A stretch of 64,000 nucleotides of DNA from an uncultured Clostridia bacterium (GTDB lineage Bacteria; Bacillota; Clostridia; Oscillospirales; Oscillospiraceae). Numbering within the stretch: position 1 is the stretch's first letter; each line of letters opens with the position of its first letter. The translations under genes were made by a program, and so were the position numbers. Of the stretch, positions 1-7,703 are shown in pieces. The notes under the pieces were generated by a model. It made no database searches, was not told the DNA's origin, and saw only the letters and a program-made list of their open reading frames with translations. The DNA is taken from positions 5,055 through 69,054 of the forward strand of contig CAMNOV010000002.1 in NCBI GenBank assembly GCA_946547105.1, given 5' to 3'.

Positions 1-1
1 C

Positions 2-1411
2 AGCGTTGGTTATCGTATTTTCGCCAAGCCCACTGGCTTTGACGAGCATGGTGATGTTGTTTACGACAAAAATGCGCAGAAGCGCGGCGCTGTTCTTGCG
101 GAAGACAGCGAGTACGCTGACCTTGCCAACGGTGTCTTTGCCGAAATCACCAGCACCGAGACTACGATCACCCTGACCATGCCGGCCAACGGTGAGATCC
201 GTCTGGTCAACCTGCCTGCCGGTACTCACTACAAGGTCGAAGAGATTCTTGATTCTGCGAATACCTCTTATCAGCACTTCAAGACTGTGCATGGCGTCAA
301 GACCGGCAGCGGCATCACCGAAGACGAGCCTGTTACCAATATCGAGGTCTCTGGTGAGGTCCATGGCAATATGGCTGCTGTCGAAACCTTCTATAACTGG
401 GCTGCCAGCTTCTATGTGTACCACTCCGCGGACAACACCATCGAGAAGATCTCCTTTGCCGACAACCGCGTGAAGGGTGAGTATGACGAAGAGAACAGCA
501 AGTACACCTACACCTTCAACATCGCCAAGGAGACCAAGGATCACTACATCTACGGCGGCTACTACAAAGACTTTGCCGACAAGGGCACGTTCGACGTGAC
601 CACGGCGCCCTTTGTTAAGGCGACCGAGGCTGTTGCGACCACCTATGACGGTGAGCACAAAGACGGCTACTGGTTCAAGGTCATCGAAGGCAGCCCCGCC
701 CCCTACCGTGGCGACGCCAGCAAGTGGACTCCCGCCCAGGCCTACACCGAAAACGGTACGGCAATGGAACCCAAAGCCAACACGGTGTATTTCCTGAAGG
801 AAGTCCCCGACGCCTTTATTCGTATCGCTCTGCGTTACACCTACTACTTGAACTCCACTTATGACGTTGGTACTGTGTGGCTGGTGTGCGCTATTGACGG
901 CGACGTCGACAACGGCTATAAGGATTTCGGCTTGATGAACTATGAGGATGGTTCCGTGATCGCGAATGTGAAAGCGGAAGATGGCATGCCTAAGGCCGTT
1001 ATTGCCGGCGCCGAGGTGAATTTCACCGCAAAAACGACGCAAACCTCTGTGAAAGTCGATGCGTCTGACCTGATTACCAAGATGGGTGACTCTTTCTTTG
1101 ATACCAATAAGGGCCCCTACACTGGTAATGTCGCATACATCACCGTCAGAGACAAGAGCATCTACGGCAACAGCGACAGCGGAATGATTGAGAATCTGAT
1201 TACTTCAGAGCAGAAGACCGTTTTGTTCTTCGTGACTCCGGACAACGTCCAGGTCACCAGCGCTCGTGTAGCTTCTGTCAAGAATATCAACGGTGTGGCG
1301 TCCAAGGGCGAGGTAGCCAAGCGCATCACGCTGCAGAAGTTTGGCCTGCGTGATAATTCTGAAGAACTCAGCACTTATATTTCCACGCTGACATATGTTC
1401 CTGTCGATTGA
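2..1411 (+). CDS. C-terminal part of a secreted/surface (pilin- or adhesin-like) protein; 5' end outside the window
   Basis: Frame 2 is open from base 2 with no stop before the listed ATG at 179, so the ORF enters from upstream. '...GEIRLVNLPAGTHYKVEEI...' resembles the terminal strands of SpaA/Cna-B type Ig-fold domains of Gram-positive surface proteins. The remaining ~370 aa carry no motif I recognise. No LPXTG and no C-terminal TM segment. Confidence 0.55.
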   Translation, partial: SVGYRIFAKPTGFDEHGDVVYDKNAQKRGAVLAEDSEYADLANGVFAEITSTETTITLTMPANGEIRLVNLPAGTHYKVEEILDSANTSYQHFKTVHGVKTGSGITEDEPVTNIEVSGEVHGNMAAVETFYNWAASFYVYHSADNTIEKISFADNRVKGEYDEENSKYTYTFNIAKETKDHYIYGGYYKDFADKGTFDVTTAPFVKATEAVATTYDGEHKDGYWFKVIEGSPAPYRGDASKWTPAQAYTENGTAMEPKANTVYFLKEVPDAFIRIALRYTYYLNSTYDVGTVWLVCAIDGDVDNGYKDFGLMNYEDGSVIANVKAEDGMPKAVIAGAEVNFTAKTTQTSVKVDASDLITKMGDSFFDTNKGPYTGNVAYITVRDKSIYGNSDSGMIENLITSEQKTVLFFVTPDNVQVTSARVASVKNINGVASKGEVAKRITLQKFGLRDNSEELSTYISTLTYVPVD

Positions 1412-1431
1412 TAAGAAAGAGAACGAGGTGA

Positions 1432-1713
1432 ATGAAAATGAAAAAAATGTTTGATATTCCTCGTATCGTTCCGGCAGTCATCTTGACTAATCCCATCGGC
1501 TACGGCAGCGATCAGGAAGAACAGAACAAGATCAAGCCCGTTCCTATGAGTTTCGGCGAGTGGGCGCAGTCCCGTTTCGTCTCCGACTACGACCAGAACC
1601 CCGGCGTGGACTTCCAGGACTACGCGGCCTGGTTCAGCCAGTGCGGCTTCGGCGAGACCGCCTGGATGCAGTTCAACCCCGGCGTTACGATGGACGTCTC
1701 GGAAACCAAGTGA
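1432..1713 (+). CDS. small hypothetical protein (93 aa), acidic and Trp/Phe/Gln-rich
   Basis: ORF starts 20 nt after the upstream stop and is preceded by GAGG (gaacGAGGtgaATGaaaATG). Alternative ATGs lie at 1438 and 1447. A hairpin follows at 1737-1766. No family recognised. Confidence 0.45.
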   Translation: MKMKKMFDIPRIVPAVILTNPIGYGSDQEEQNKIKPVPMSFGEWAQSRFVSDYDQNPGVDFQDYAAWFSQCGFGETAWMQFNPGVTMDVSETK

Positions 1714-1736
1714 TCCGCAAATAATGCAATGAGAAG

Positions 1737-1766
1737 TAGCGTGGGGTGATCTCCACGCTATTTCTC
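1737..1766 (+). terminator. putative intrinsic terminator after the surface-protein/small-ORF unit
   Basis: tagcgtgg-ggtgatct-ccacgcta hairpin followed by tttctc. The T-tract is weak. Confidence 0.4.
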
Positions 1767-1780
1767 ATATAGAGGAAATC

Positions 1781-2524
1781 ATGGAGAAGATCTATCAGGC
1801 AGAATACGCCGGACATCCGGTGCGCTATGTCTTTTTGAACCCCTTTACGCGCCAGCACTTCAAGTTCTGGCTCAAGCCTGTCGAAGGCGAGGAATACGAC
1901 ATCAAGGCCACGCCGGAGCAGGTCGCGCGGACGCTGGCACATATGCCGGAGACCAATCCGGAATACTACGCCGAGTACAAGTTTCTGATCCTGCCGACGA
2001 GCGACTATCTGCTGCGTTATCGCTGCTGCCTGTTTCACGCGGTGGCCTTTCTCTGGCGCGGCCGCGCCTGGCTGCTCACCGCGCCCAGCGGCACCGGGAA
2101 AACGACCCAGTTTCTGAACTGGCGGAAGCTCCATCCCGGCGAGATCACGATGATCTGCGGGGATCTGCCCGTTCTCGAACTGCGGGATGACGGCTCCGTA
2201 TGGGTACATTCGAGCAACTGGAACGGCAAAGAGGGCGTCGGCAGCTTTCAGTCTGCGCCGCTCGGCGGGACGATCCTGCTCGAGCAGGGCGGTGTGAACC
2301 GGATCGGTCGCCTGAACGTAAGCGAGGCGATCCCGGCGCTGTTCGGACAGTTTATTTCCGAGTACGAGACCGAGGATCAGATCCGTGCGGTCTGCGCGTT
2401 GATGGATGGGATGCTGAGCCGGTATCCGGCCTGGAAGCTTGTCAATCTGGGGGACGATGCATCGACGGAGCTGATGCGCTCAGTGATCGCGGAGGAGACG
2501 GGAGGAAACGATGGAACGGTATAA
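1781..2524 (+). CDS. HprK-related P-loop kinase-like protein
   Basis: RBS agAGGAaatcATG. Walker-A 'LLTAPSGTGKTTQ' lies mid-protein, laid out like the HPr kinase C-terminal domain and the HprK-like kinases of peptide-modification cassettes. The 3' end overlaps the next gene by 14 nt. Confidence 0.6.
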   Translation: MEKIYQAEYAGHPVRYVFLNPFTRQHFKFWLKPVEGEEYDIKATPEQVARTLAHMPETNPEYYAEYKFLILPTSDYLLRYRCCLFHAVAFLWRGRAWLLTAPSGTGKTTQFLNWRKLHPGEITMICGDLPVLELRDDGSVWVHSSNWNGKEGVGSFQSAPLGGTILLEQGGVNRIGRLNVSEAIPALFGQFISEYETEDQIRAVCALMDGMLSRYPAWKLVNLGDDASTELMRSVIAEETGGNDGTV

Positions 2525-2819
2525 AACACGTGCTGGGGTCGTATTGACCTGCGTATGCGGCGAATGGCTGCTGGTTTCGGCTGCCGCGCTGCGGGGCCTT
2601 TGCCCCTTCGTCACCGTCATCAACGAAAGCTCGGCCTTTCTGTGGAAGCGGCTGCAGAGCGGCACGGACGCGGAGGAACTGGAGCGCGCCGTGCGGGAGG
2701 AGTACGAGATCGAGGATCCGGAGACTGTCCGGAGCGTGATCGTGGCCTTTCTGCAGCAGATGCGGGAGATGAATTATCTCGAAGAGGCCGGGAAAGAGAC
2801 CGGCAAAGCAAATGATTGA
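2511..2819 (+). CDS. PqqD-family protein (RiPP recognition element-like peptide chaperone)
   Basis: 102 aa; RBS GGGAGGAaacgATG. The pattern '...GEWLLVS....VINESSAFLWKRLQSGTDAEELERAV.EEYEI.DPETVRSVIVAFLQQMREMNYL' matches the PqqD layout (beta strands followed by a winged helix). Confidence 0.75.
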   Translation: MERYKTRAGVVLTCVCGEWLLVSAAALRGLCPFVTVINESSAFLWKRLQSGTDAEELERAVREEYEIEDPETVRSVIVAFLQQMREMNYLEEAGKETGKAND

Positions 2820-4023
2820 CGAGACGAAGAAGCTTCTGCTGGACGTGCTTTCCTGTGCGATCCGTGGCAAACAGGCGCCGATTACAGATCAACTCAAGAA
2901 AAAACGCATGGCTCTTTTTCAGCTTGCGATGGAGCACCATGTGCTGCCGCTGGTCGTTGATACGCTGTACCATGGGGAAGAAGCAGACCCAACGATGCGC
3001 GGCATGGCCGGGCAGGTCCGGAGCCTTGTGATCGCCCAGGCACAGCGGACGGCGGATTTCCAGCTGCTGCTGCAGCGCTTCGGCCAAAAGGGTCTGTGGC
3101 CTGTCGTGGTCAAGGGCTTGGTCTGCCGGAGCCTCTATCCCGAGCCGGAGCTGCGGCCCTCCGTCGACGAAGATTTACTGATCCGTCCGGAGGACTTTTC
3201 CGTATACGACGCGGCCATGAAGGCCGCAGGCTTTCGCGTGGAGCAGGGCAATGAGGATGAGGATTACGAAATCGTCTATCTGCATCCGGAGAGCGACTTC
3301 TGCATCGAGCTGCACACCAGCCTGTTTCCTGAGGAATCCGAGGCCTACGGCGACTGTGCGCGTTATTTCGACGGCGCGATCGACCGCGCCGTCGATCTGA
3401 CGGTGGAAGGCGTTTCGCTGCGAACGCTTGCGCCGACGGATCATCTGCTGTTTCTGATCTGCCATGCCTACAAGCATCTGCTGCACGGAGGCGTGGGAAT
3501 CCGGCAGCTCTGCGACATGGAGCTGATGATCGAACGCTTTGGGAAAGATCTCGACTGGGGCTATATCCGCAAAAGCTGCGACGGGCTGAGCCTTTCGGTA
3601 TTTACAGCGGCTCTGTTTCGCATTGGGGAAAAGCATCTGGGTTTCGCGATGCCGGAGGCTTTCGTGGACATTGATGTGGATGAGAGCGCGCTGCTGGAGG
3701 ATATCCTCAGCGGCGGTCTGTACGGAGTCGTTGACGTCGACCGGGCACACAGCAGCACGATGACGCTGGAGGCGGTCTCGGCCGCCAGGGACGGGCGAAG
3801 GAGCAAAGGCGCGCTGCATTCGGTATTCCTGCCGCTGGAAGCGATGCGGGGAAACTATCCGTATCTGAGGAGCTGTCCCTGGCTGCTGCCGGCTGCCTGG
3901 GTGCAGCGGATCTTCCGCTATCTGGCGAGAAAAGACCGCTCCGATCCCGTCAACCCCCTCAGAAGCGTCCAGATCGCCCATGAGCGCATCGACCTGCTCA
4001 AGCAGTACCGCATCATTCGGTAA
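2812..4023 (+). CDS. uncharacterised nucleotidyltransferase family protein (NTP_transf_5-like)
   Basis: Overlaps the PqqD gene by 8 nt. 'VVVKGLVCRSLYPEPELRPSVDEDLLIRPEDF' fits the K-G-x-Y-P-x-R-x-D-x-D-L-L signature I associate with PF14907-type proteins found next to PqqD proteins. Confidence 0.6.
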   Translation: MIDETKKLLLDVLSCAIRGKQAPITDQLKKKRMALFQLAMEHHVLPLVVDTLYHGEEADPTMRGMAGQVRSLVIAQAQRTADFQLLLQRFGQKGLWPVVVKGLVCRSLYPEPELRPSVDEDLLIRPEDFSVYDAAMKAAGFRVEQGNEDEDYEIVYLHPESDFCIELHTSLFPEESEAYGDCARYFDGAIDRAVDLTVEGVSLRTLAPTDHLLFLICHAYKHLLHGGVGIRQLCDMELMIERFGKDLDWGYIRKSCDGLSLSVFTAALFRIGEKHLGFAMPEAFVDIDVDESALLEDILSGGLYGVVDVDRAHSSTMTLEAVSAARDGRRSKGALHSVFLPLEAMRGNYPYLRSCPWLLPAAWVQRIFRYLARKDRSDPVNPLRSVQIAHERIDLLKQYRIIR

Positions 4024-4070
4024 TGTTTTTGTTTCGCATTATAAAACTGGATAATCTGCTGATGATTGAC

Positions 4071-4104
4071 AAAAGCGGCCCAGACAACGGGGCCGCTTTT
4101 CTGT
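4071..4104 (+). terminator. intrinsic terminator closing the kinase/PqqD/NTase unit
   Basis: aaaaGCGGCCC-agacaacg-GGGCCGCtttt hairpin with a T-tract. Confidence 0.7.
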
Positions 4105-4163
4105 TCATGTCTACGAAATCCTTGTATTTTCCTGGTTTTTACTTCTAATCAATGTGTTTCTTG

Positions 4164-4192
4164 TTGCATTTTATTGCTTAAAAATGTATAAT
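4164..4192 (+). promoter_or_regulatory. near-consensus sigma-A type promoter heading the glycan operon
   Basis: TTGCAT (4164-4169), 17-nt spacer, TATAAT (4187-4192), located in an AT-rich 140-bp gap directly upstream of the ABC exporter gene. Confidence 0.55.
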
Positions 4193-4239
4193 CGATAATT
4201 GGATTGATATGGTCAAATGATAGTGGGTGGAGAAGCGGC

Positions 4240-6024
4240 ATGGAAAAACCGAACGAAGAAAACAAGGCGCTTTTTCAGTCGCTGCATATTTTGAGAAGCC
4301 GTTGGAAAGACGGCACCTTCGGCGAGATCCTGGATGACTGGCGCTGGATCTTCAGCTACAGCAGACGGTATAAGACGGCGATCGTTTTTTATACGCTGCT
4401 TGGCGTGTTCGGCACGACCTTTGGCCTCGTGGCCAGCGTTGCCGGTAAATACGTGATCGATATCATTACCGGGTATGAGACCAGCAAGTTGGGCGCCATG
4501 ATCGCCGTGATGCTGGGCAGCGCACTTTTCAGCCTGGCCTTCTCCAATATCATCAACCGGATCTCTACCAGACTCAGTATCAGCATCCATAACGACATCC
4601 AGGCCGATATTTTTGACCAGATCATCGACGTGGATTGGAAAGCGATCAATCAATACAGCAGCGGGGATCTGCTCAACCGCTTCAACAGCGACGTGAGCAC
4701 CGTCAGCAACAACGCCATCAGCTGGCTGCCTTCCATTATCATTGCCGTTTATAATTTCGTCGTTACCTTTGCTTTGATCTGGCATTACAACAAAGTCATG
4801 TCTCTGCTCGCCTTTGCCAGCGCCCCGATCATGCTGCTGATGAGCAAGTATTTCATCAGAAAGCAGCGGGAATACGCGGCGAAGGTCAAGGAGACCGGCA
4901 GCGAAATGATGGGCTTCGAGGTGGAGACCTTCTATAACTTCGATACCATCAAATCCTTCGGTGTGATGGAAAACTATGGACGCAAGCTGCGTGCCTGGCA
5001 GCAGAAGCTGAAATCCATCACGCTCGATTATAATCTCTTTACGATCAAGACAAATATCTTCATGTCGATCCTCGGCATGATCGTACAATACGCGGCTTTC
5101 GGGTACAGCCTGTTCCTGCTCTGGTCGCACCAGATCACCTACGGCACGATGACGCTGTTCCTTGAACAGCGCAGCCGTCTGTCCGGCGCTTTCAACAGCG
5201 TGGTCGGCATCATCCCCTCGTTTCTGACAAGCTCCGTATCCGCTCACCGCATCCGCGAGCTGATCGAGCTGCCGCGCGAGCGGCATCTGCCGGAGAGCGA
5301 AAAGCTCCGTGAGCTGTCCGACCGCGGCTTCGAGGTGCGGATGAACGAGCTGAGCTTTGCCTACGTGGAAGGCAAGCGCGTGATCGAAGAGTCTGGCTTC
5401 CGGGCCTGCCCCGGAGAGATCGTGGCGCTGGTCGGGCCTTCCGGCGAGGGCAAAACAACGATGATCCGCCTGATGCTCGGGCTGATCCGGCCTGACGAGG
5501 GAAGGGCCTTTCTGCGCGCTGCCGACGGCAGCGAGGTGGAGATGAACGCGGACAGCCGCGGTCTTTTCTCCTATGTGCCGCAGGGCAACACCATTCTTTC
5601 CGGCACGGTGGCGGAAAATCTGCGCCTGGTCAGGGAAGACGCAAGCGACGAGGAACTGATCGAGGCGCTGCAGATCGCCTGCGCCTGGGATTTTATTTCC
5701 CGGCTGCCGGATGGCATCAACACCAGGGTGGGCGAGCGCGGCCGCGGTTTTTCCGAAGGCCAGGCCCAGCGCATCGCCATCGCCCGCGCAGTGCTGCGCG
5801 ACGCGCCGATCCTGCTGCTGGACGAGGCAACATCCGCGCTTGACGTAGCGACGGAGCGCCAGGTGCTGCGCAATATCATCCGCCAGCGCCCGAACAAGAC
5901 CTGCATCGTGACGACCCATCGCCCCACTGTGCTGAACATGTGCCAGCGGGTCTACCGCGTAATGGAACGGCACGTCACCGAGCTGAGCGAGGAAGAATCC
6001 AGCCGCATGGCGATGGACTTTTAA
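4240..6024 (+). CDS. ABC exporter, fused permease/ATPase half-transporter (MsbA/PglK-like type I exporter)
   Basis: Start chosen at ATG 4240 (RBS GGTGGAGaagcggcATG); the track ORF begins at TTG 4204. N-terminal ~300 aa contain 6 TM helices. The NBD has Walker A 'GPSGEGKTT', signature 'FSEGQAQR' and Walker B 'ILLLDEATSALD'. No C39 peptidase domain. Confidence 0.85.
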   Translation: MEKPNEENKALFQSLHILRSRWKDGTFGEILDDWRWIFSYSRRYKTAIVFYTLLGVFGTTFGLVASVAGKYVIDIITGYETSKLGAMIAVMLGSALFSLAFSNIINRISTRLSISIHNDIQADIFDQIIDVDWKAINQYSSGDLLNRFNSDVSTVSNNAISWLPSIIIAVYNFVVTFALIWHYNKVMSLLAFASAPIMLLMSKYFIRKQREYAAKVKETGSEMMGFEVETFYNFDTIKSFGVMENYGRKLRAWQQKLKSITLDYNLFTIKTNIFMSILGMIVQYAAFGYSLFLLWSHQITYGTMTLFLEQRSRLSGAFNSVVGIIPSFLTSSVSAHRIRELIELPRERHLPESEKLRELSDRGFEVRMNELSFAYVEGKRVIEESGFRACPGEIVALVGPSGEGKTTMIRLMLGLIRPDEGRAFLRAADGSEVEMNADSRGLFSYVPQGNTILSGTVAENLRLVREDASDEELIEALQIACAWDFISRLPDGINTRVGERGRGFSEGQAQRIAIARAVLRDAPILLLDEATSALDVATERQVLRNIIRQRPNKTCIVTTHRPTVLNMCQRVYRVMERHVTELSEEESSRMAMDF

Positions 6025-6048
6025 CAGACCGAGCAAGGAGATCCCCGC

Positions 6049-6795
6049 ATGATTGATATTCACAGCCATGTCCTCCCCGGCATTGACGACGGGTCCGCGG
6101 ACATGGAAATGAGCCTGGACATGCTGGCCATGGCGGCGGAAAGCGGCGTGGATACCCTGGTCGCCACGCCACATTGCAATATTCCCGGTGAATTTGAGAA
6201 TTATCTCTCGCAGGACCTGGAGGAGCTTTTCCGGGAACTGCAGCGCGAGGCCGAACGGGACGAGATCCCCCTGCGGCTGTGCCGCGGAATGGAGATCTAC
6301 GCCACGCCCGAGCTGCCGGAGCTGCTGAAGAACGGACGTGTCTGGACCCTCAACGGCGGCCGCTATTTCCTGACGGAGTTCAACTTCGGCGAAAACCCGG
6401 ATTTCTGCAGCTACGTGCTCAGGCAGTGCGCCAGACTGGGTTATCGTCCGATCGTCGCCCACCCGGAGCGCTATTACTTTCTGCAGCGGGATCCCGAGCT
6501 TGCCTACGAGTGGTGCACGGCCGGTTACGGCCTTCAGATCAATAAGGGCAGCCTTCTTGGCCGCTTTGGCCCACAGGCCCGTCAGACGGCGACGCTGCTG
6601 CTGGAGCACGGTCTGGCCGCCTGCGTTGCCAGCGACGCCCATCGCCCCTATGAACGGACCACACACATGGGAGAGGTCAAGGATTATCTGGACAGAGTGT
6701 ACGGCGAGGAATACCGCCGCCTGCTGCTGGAGGAAAATCCGGCGCGCATTCTGGACGGGCGCGAGCTTCTCGGCTATGAACCGATCCCGTTTTGA
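6049..6795 (+). CDS. cpsB: PHP-family protein-tyrosine phosphatase (CpsB/Wzh/YwqE type)
   Basis: 'MIDIHSHVLPGIDDGS' N-terminus plus 'TPHC', 'AHPERY' and 'ASDAH' metal-binding motifs typical of CpsB. Confidence 0.85.
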   Translation: MIDIHSHVLPGIDDGSADMEMSLDMLAMAAESGVDTLVATPHCNIPGEFENYLSQDLEELFRELQREAERDEIPLRLCRGMEIYATPELPELLKNGRVWTLNGGRYFLTEFNFGENPDFCSYVLRQCARLGYRPIVAHPERYYFLQRDPELAYEWCTAGYGLQINKGSLLGRFGPQARQTATLLLEHGLAACVASDAHRPYERTTHMGEVKDYLDRVYGEEYRRLLLEENPARILDGRELLGYEPIPF

Positions 6796-6824
6796 TTAAT
6801 GCAAGACTATAAGAGGAATGAGCT

Positions 6825-7700
6825 ATGAGCATTAAGACATTCAGAACTCTCATCACAGTGTTTTTTCTGTGCGTGTTTACGGTGTTTGCCGTATACCGCG
6901 TGAGGCTGTACCTGGCGTCGGATTCCAAAGCGCCGGTGATCACCGCTGACGTGGATACGATCGAGGCCAGCGTTTCGGTCACGGATGAGGAGCTGCTGGC
7001 CGGCATGCGCGCGGAGGACAACATGGACGGGGACGTTACCGGCTCGCTGGTCGTCGCCTCCAAGTCCAAGTTCATCAAAAAGGGTACGCTGAACGTCAAT
7101 TATGCCGCATTTGACAAGAACAACAACGTCGGCGTGTATACCAGAGAGCTGACCTATGTCGACTATGAGTCTCCGAAGTTCAAGATCACCAAGCCGCTGC
7201 GGATCCTGACGGGCGATACCCGCGCCAATATCCTGGACAACATCAGCGCTTCGGACTGCCTCAACGGCAATATTTCCTCGCAGATCATGTACACACTGGG
7301 CGACAGGACCATGACCAGCGATACGGCCAGCGTCCAGACCCTGAATCTGCAGGTGACGAACAGCGCCGGCGACACGGCTACGCTGGAGCTGGAACTCGAT
7401 TACGACGATTTTACGACCTATTACACGCCCGCGCCGCACCTGAGCGACTATGTGATCTATACCAAGATCGGGGAAGTGCCCAATTACCGCGGTCTGCTGA
7501 TCGGGCTTTGGACCGGCGGCGTGACGCGCGCCTTCACCGGCACGGATTACGATGAGTCAGACGTGCAGATCAACAGCACCCATGTAAACGTCAGAGAGCC
7601 GGGGATCTATCCCGTCTATTACCGCCTGATCAGGACCGATAAGGACGGGGCCCGCGAAATGCTCGGCATTGCCAAGCTTCTTGTGATTGTGGAGGAATAA
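6825..7700 (+). CDS. membrane-anchored protein with two Ig-like (DUF5011-like) domains
   Basis: N-terminal TM 'LITVFFLCVFTVFAVY'. Two repeats follow the pattern 'P.I......(D/S)..L..G..A.D..DG(D/N)(V/I)(T/S)' typical of bacterial Ig-like DUF5011 modules. Confidence 0.55.
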   Translation: MSIKTFRTLITVFFLCVFTVFAVYRVRLYLASDSKAPVITADVDTIEASVSVTDEELLAGMRAEDNMDGDVTGSLVVASKSKFIKKGTLNVNYAAFDKNNNVGVYTRELTYVDYESPKFKITKPLRILTGDTRANILDNISASDCLNGNISSQIMYTLGDRTMTSDTASVQTLNLQVTNSAGDTATLELELDYDDFTTYYTPAPHLSDYVIYTKIGEVPNYRGLLIGLWTGGVTRAFTGTDYDESDVQINSTHVNVREPGIYPVYYRLIRTDKDGAREMLGIAKLLVIVEE

Positions 7701-7703
7701 GAG

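Noticed and set aside
4024-4240. Possible invertible (phase-variable) promoter element upstream of the glycan operon
   Set aside because: I looked for flanking inverted repeats around the TTGCAT/TATAAT promoter and found none longer than a few nucleotides. No recombinase gene is nearby.
4213-6666. 817-aa minus-strand ORF spanning the ABC exporter and cpsB genes
   Set aside because: It is antisense to two genes with clear family motifs. The translated product is low-complexity (Ala/Gly/Arg/Val/His-rich) with no motif or RBS. This is the typical stop-codon-poor antisense frame of high-GC coding DNA.
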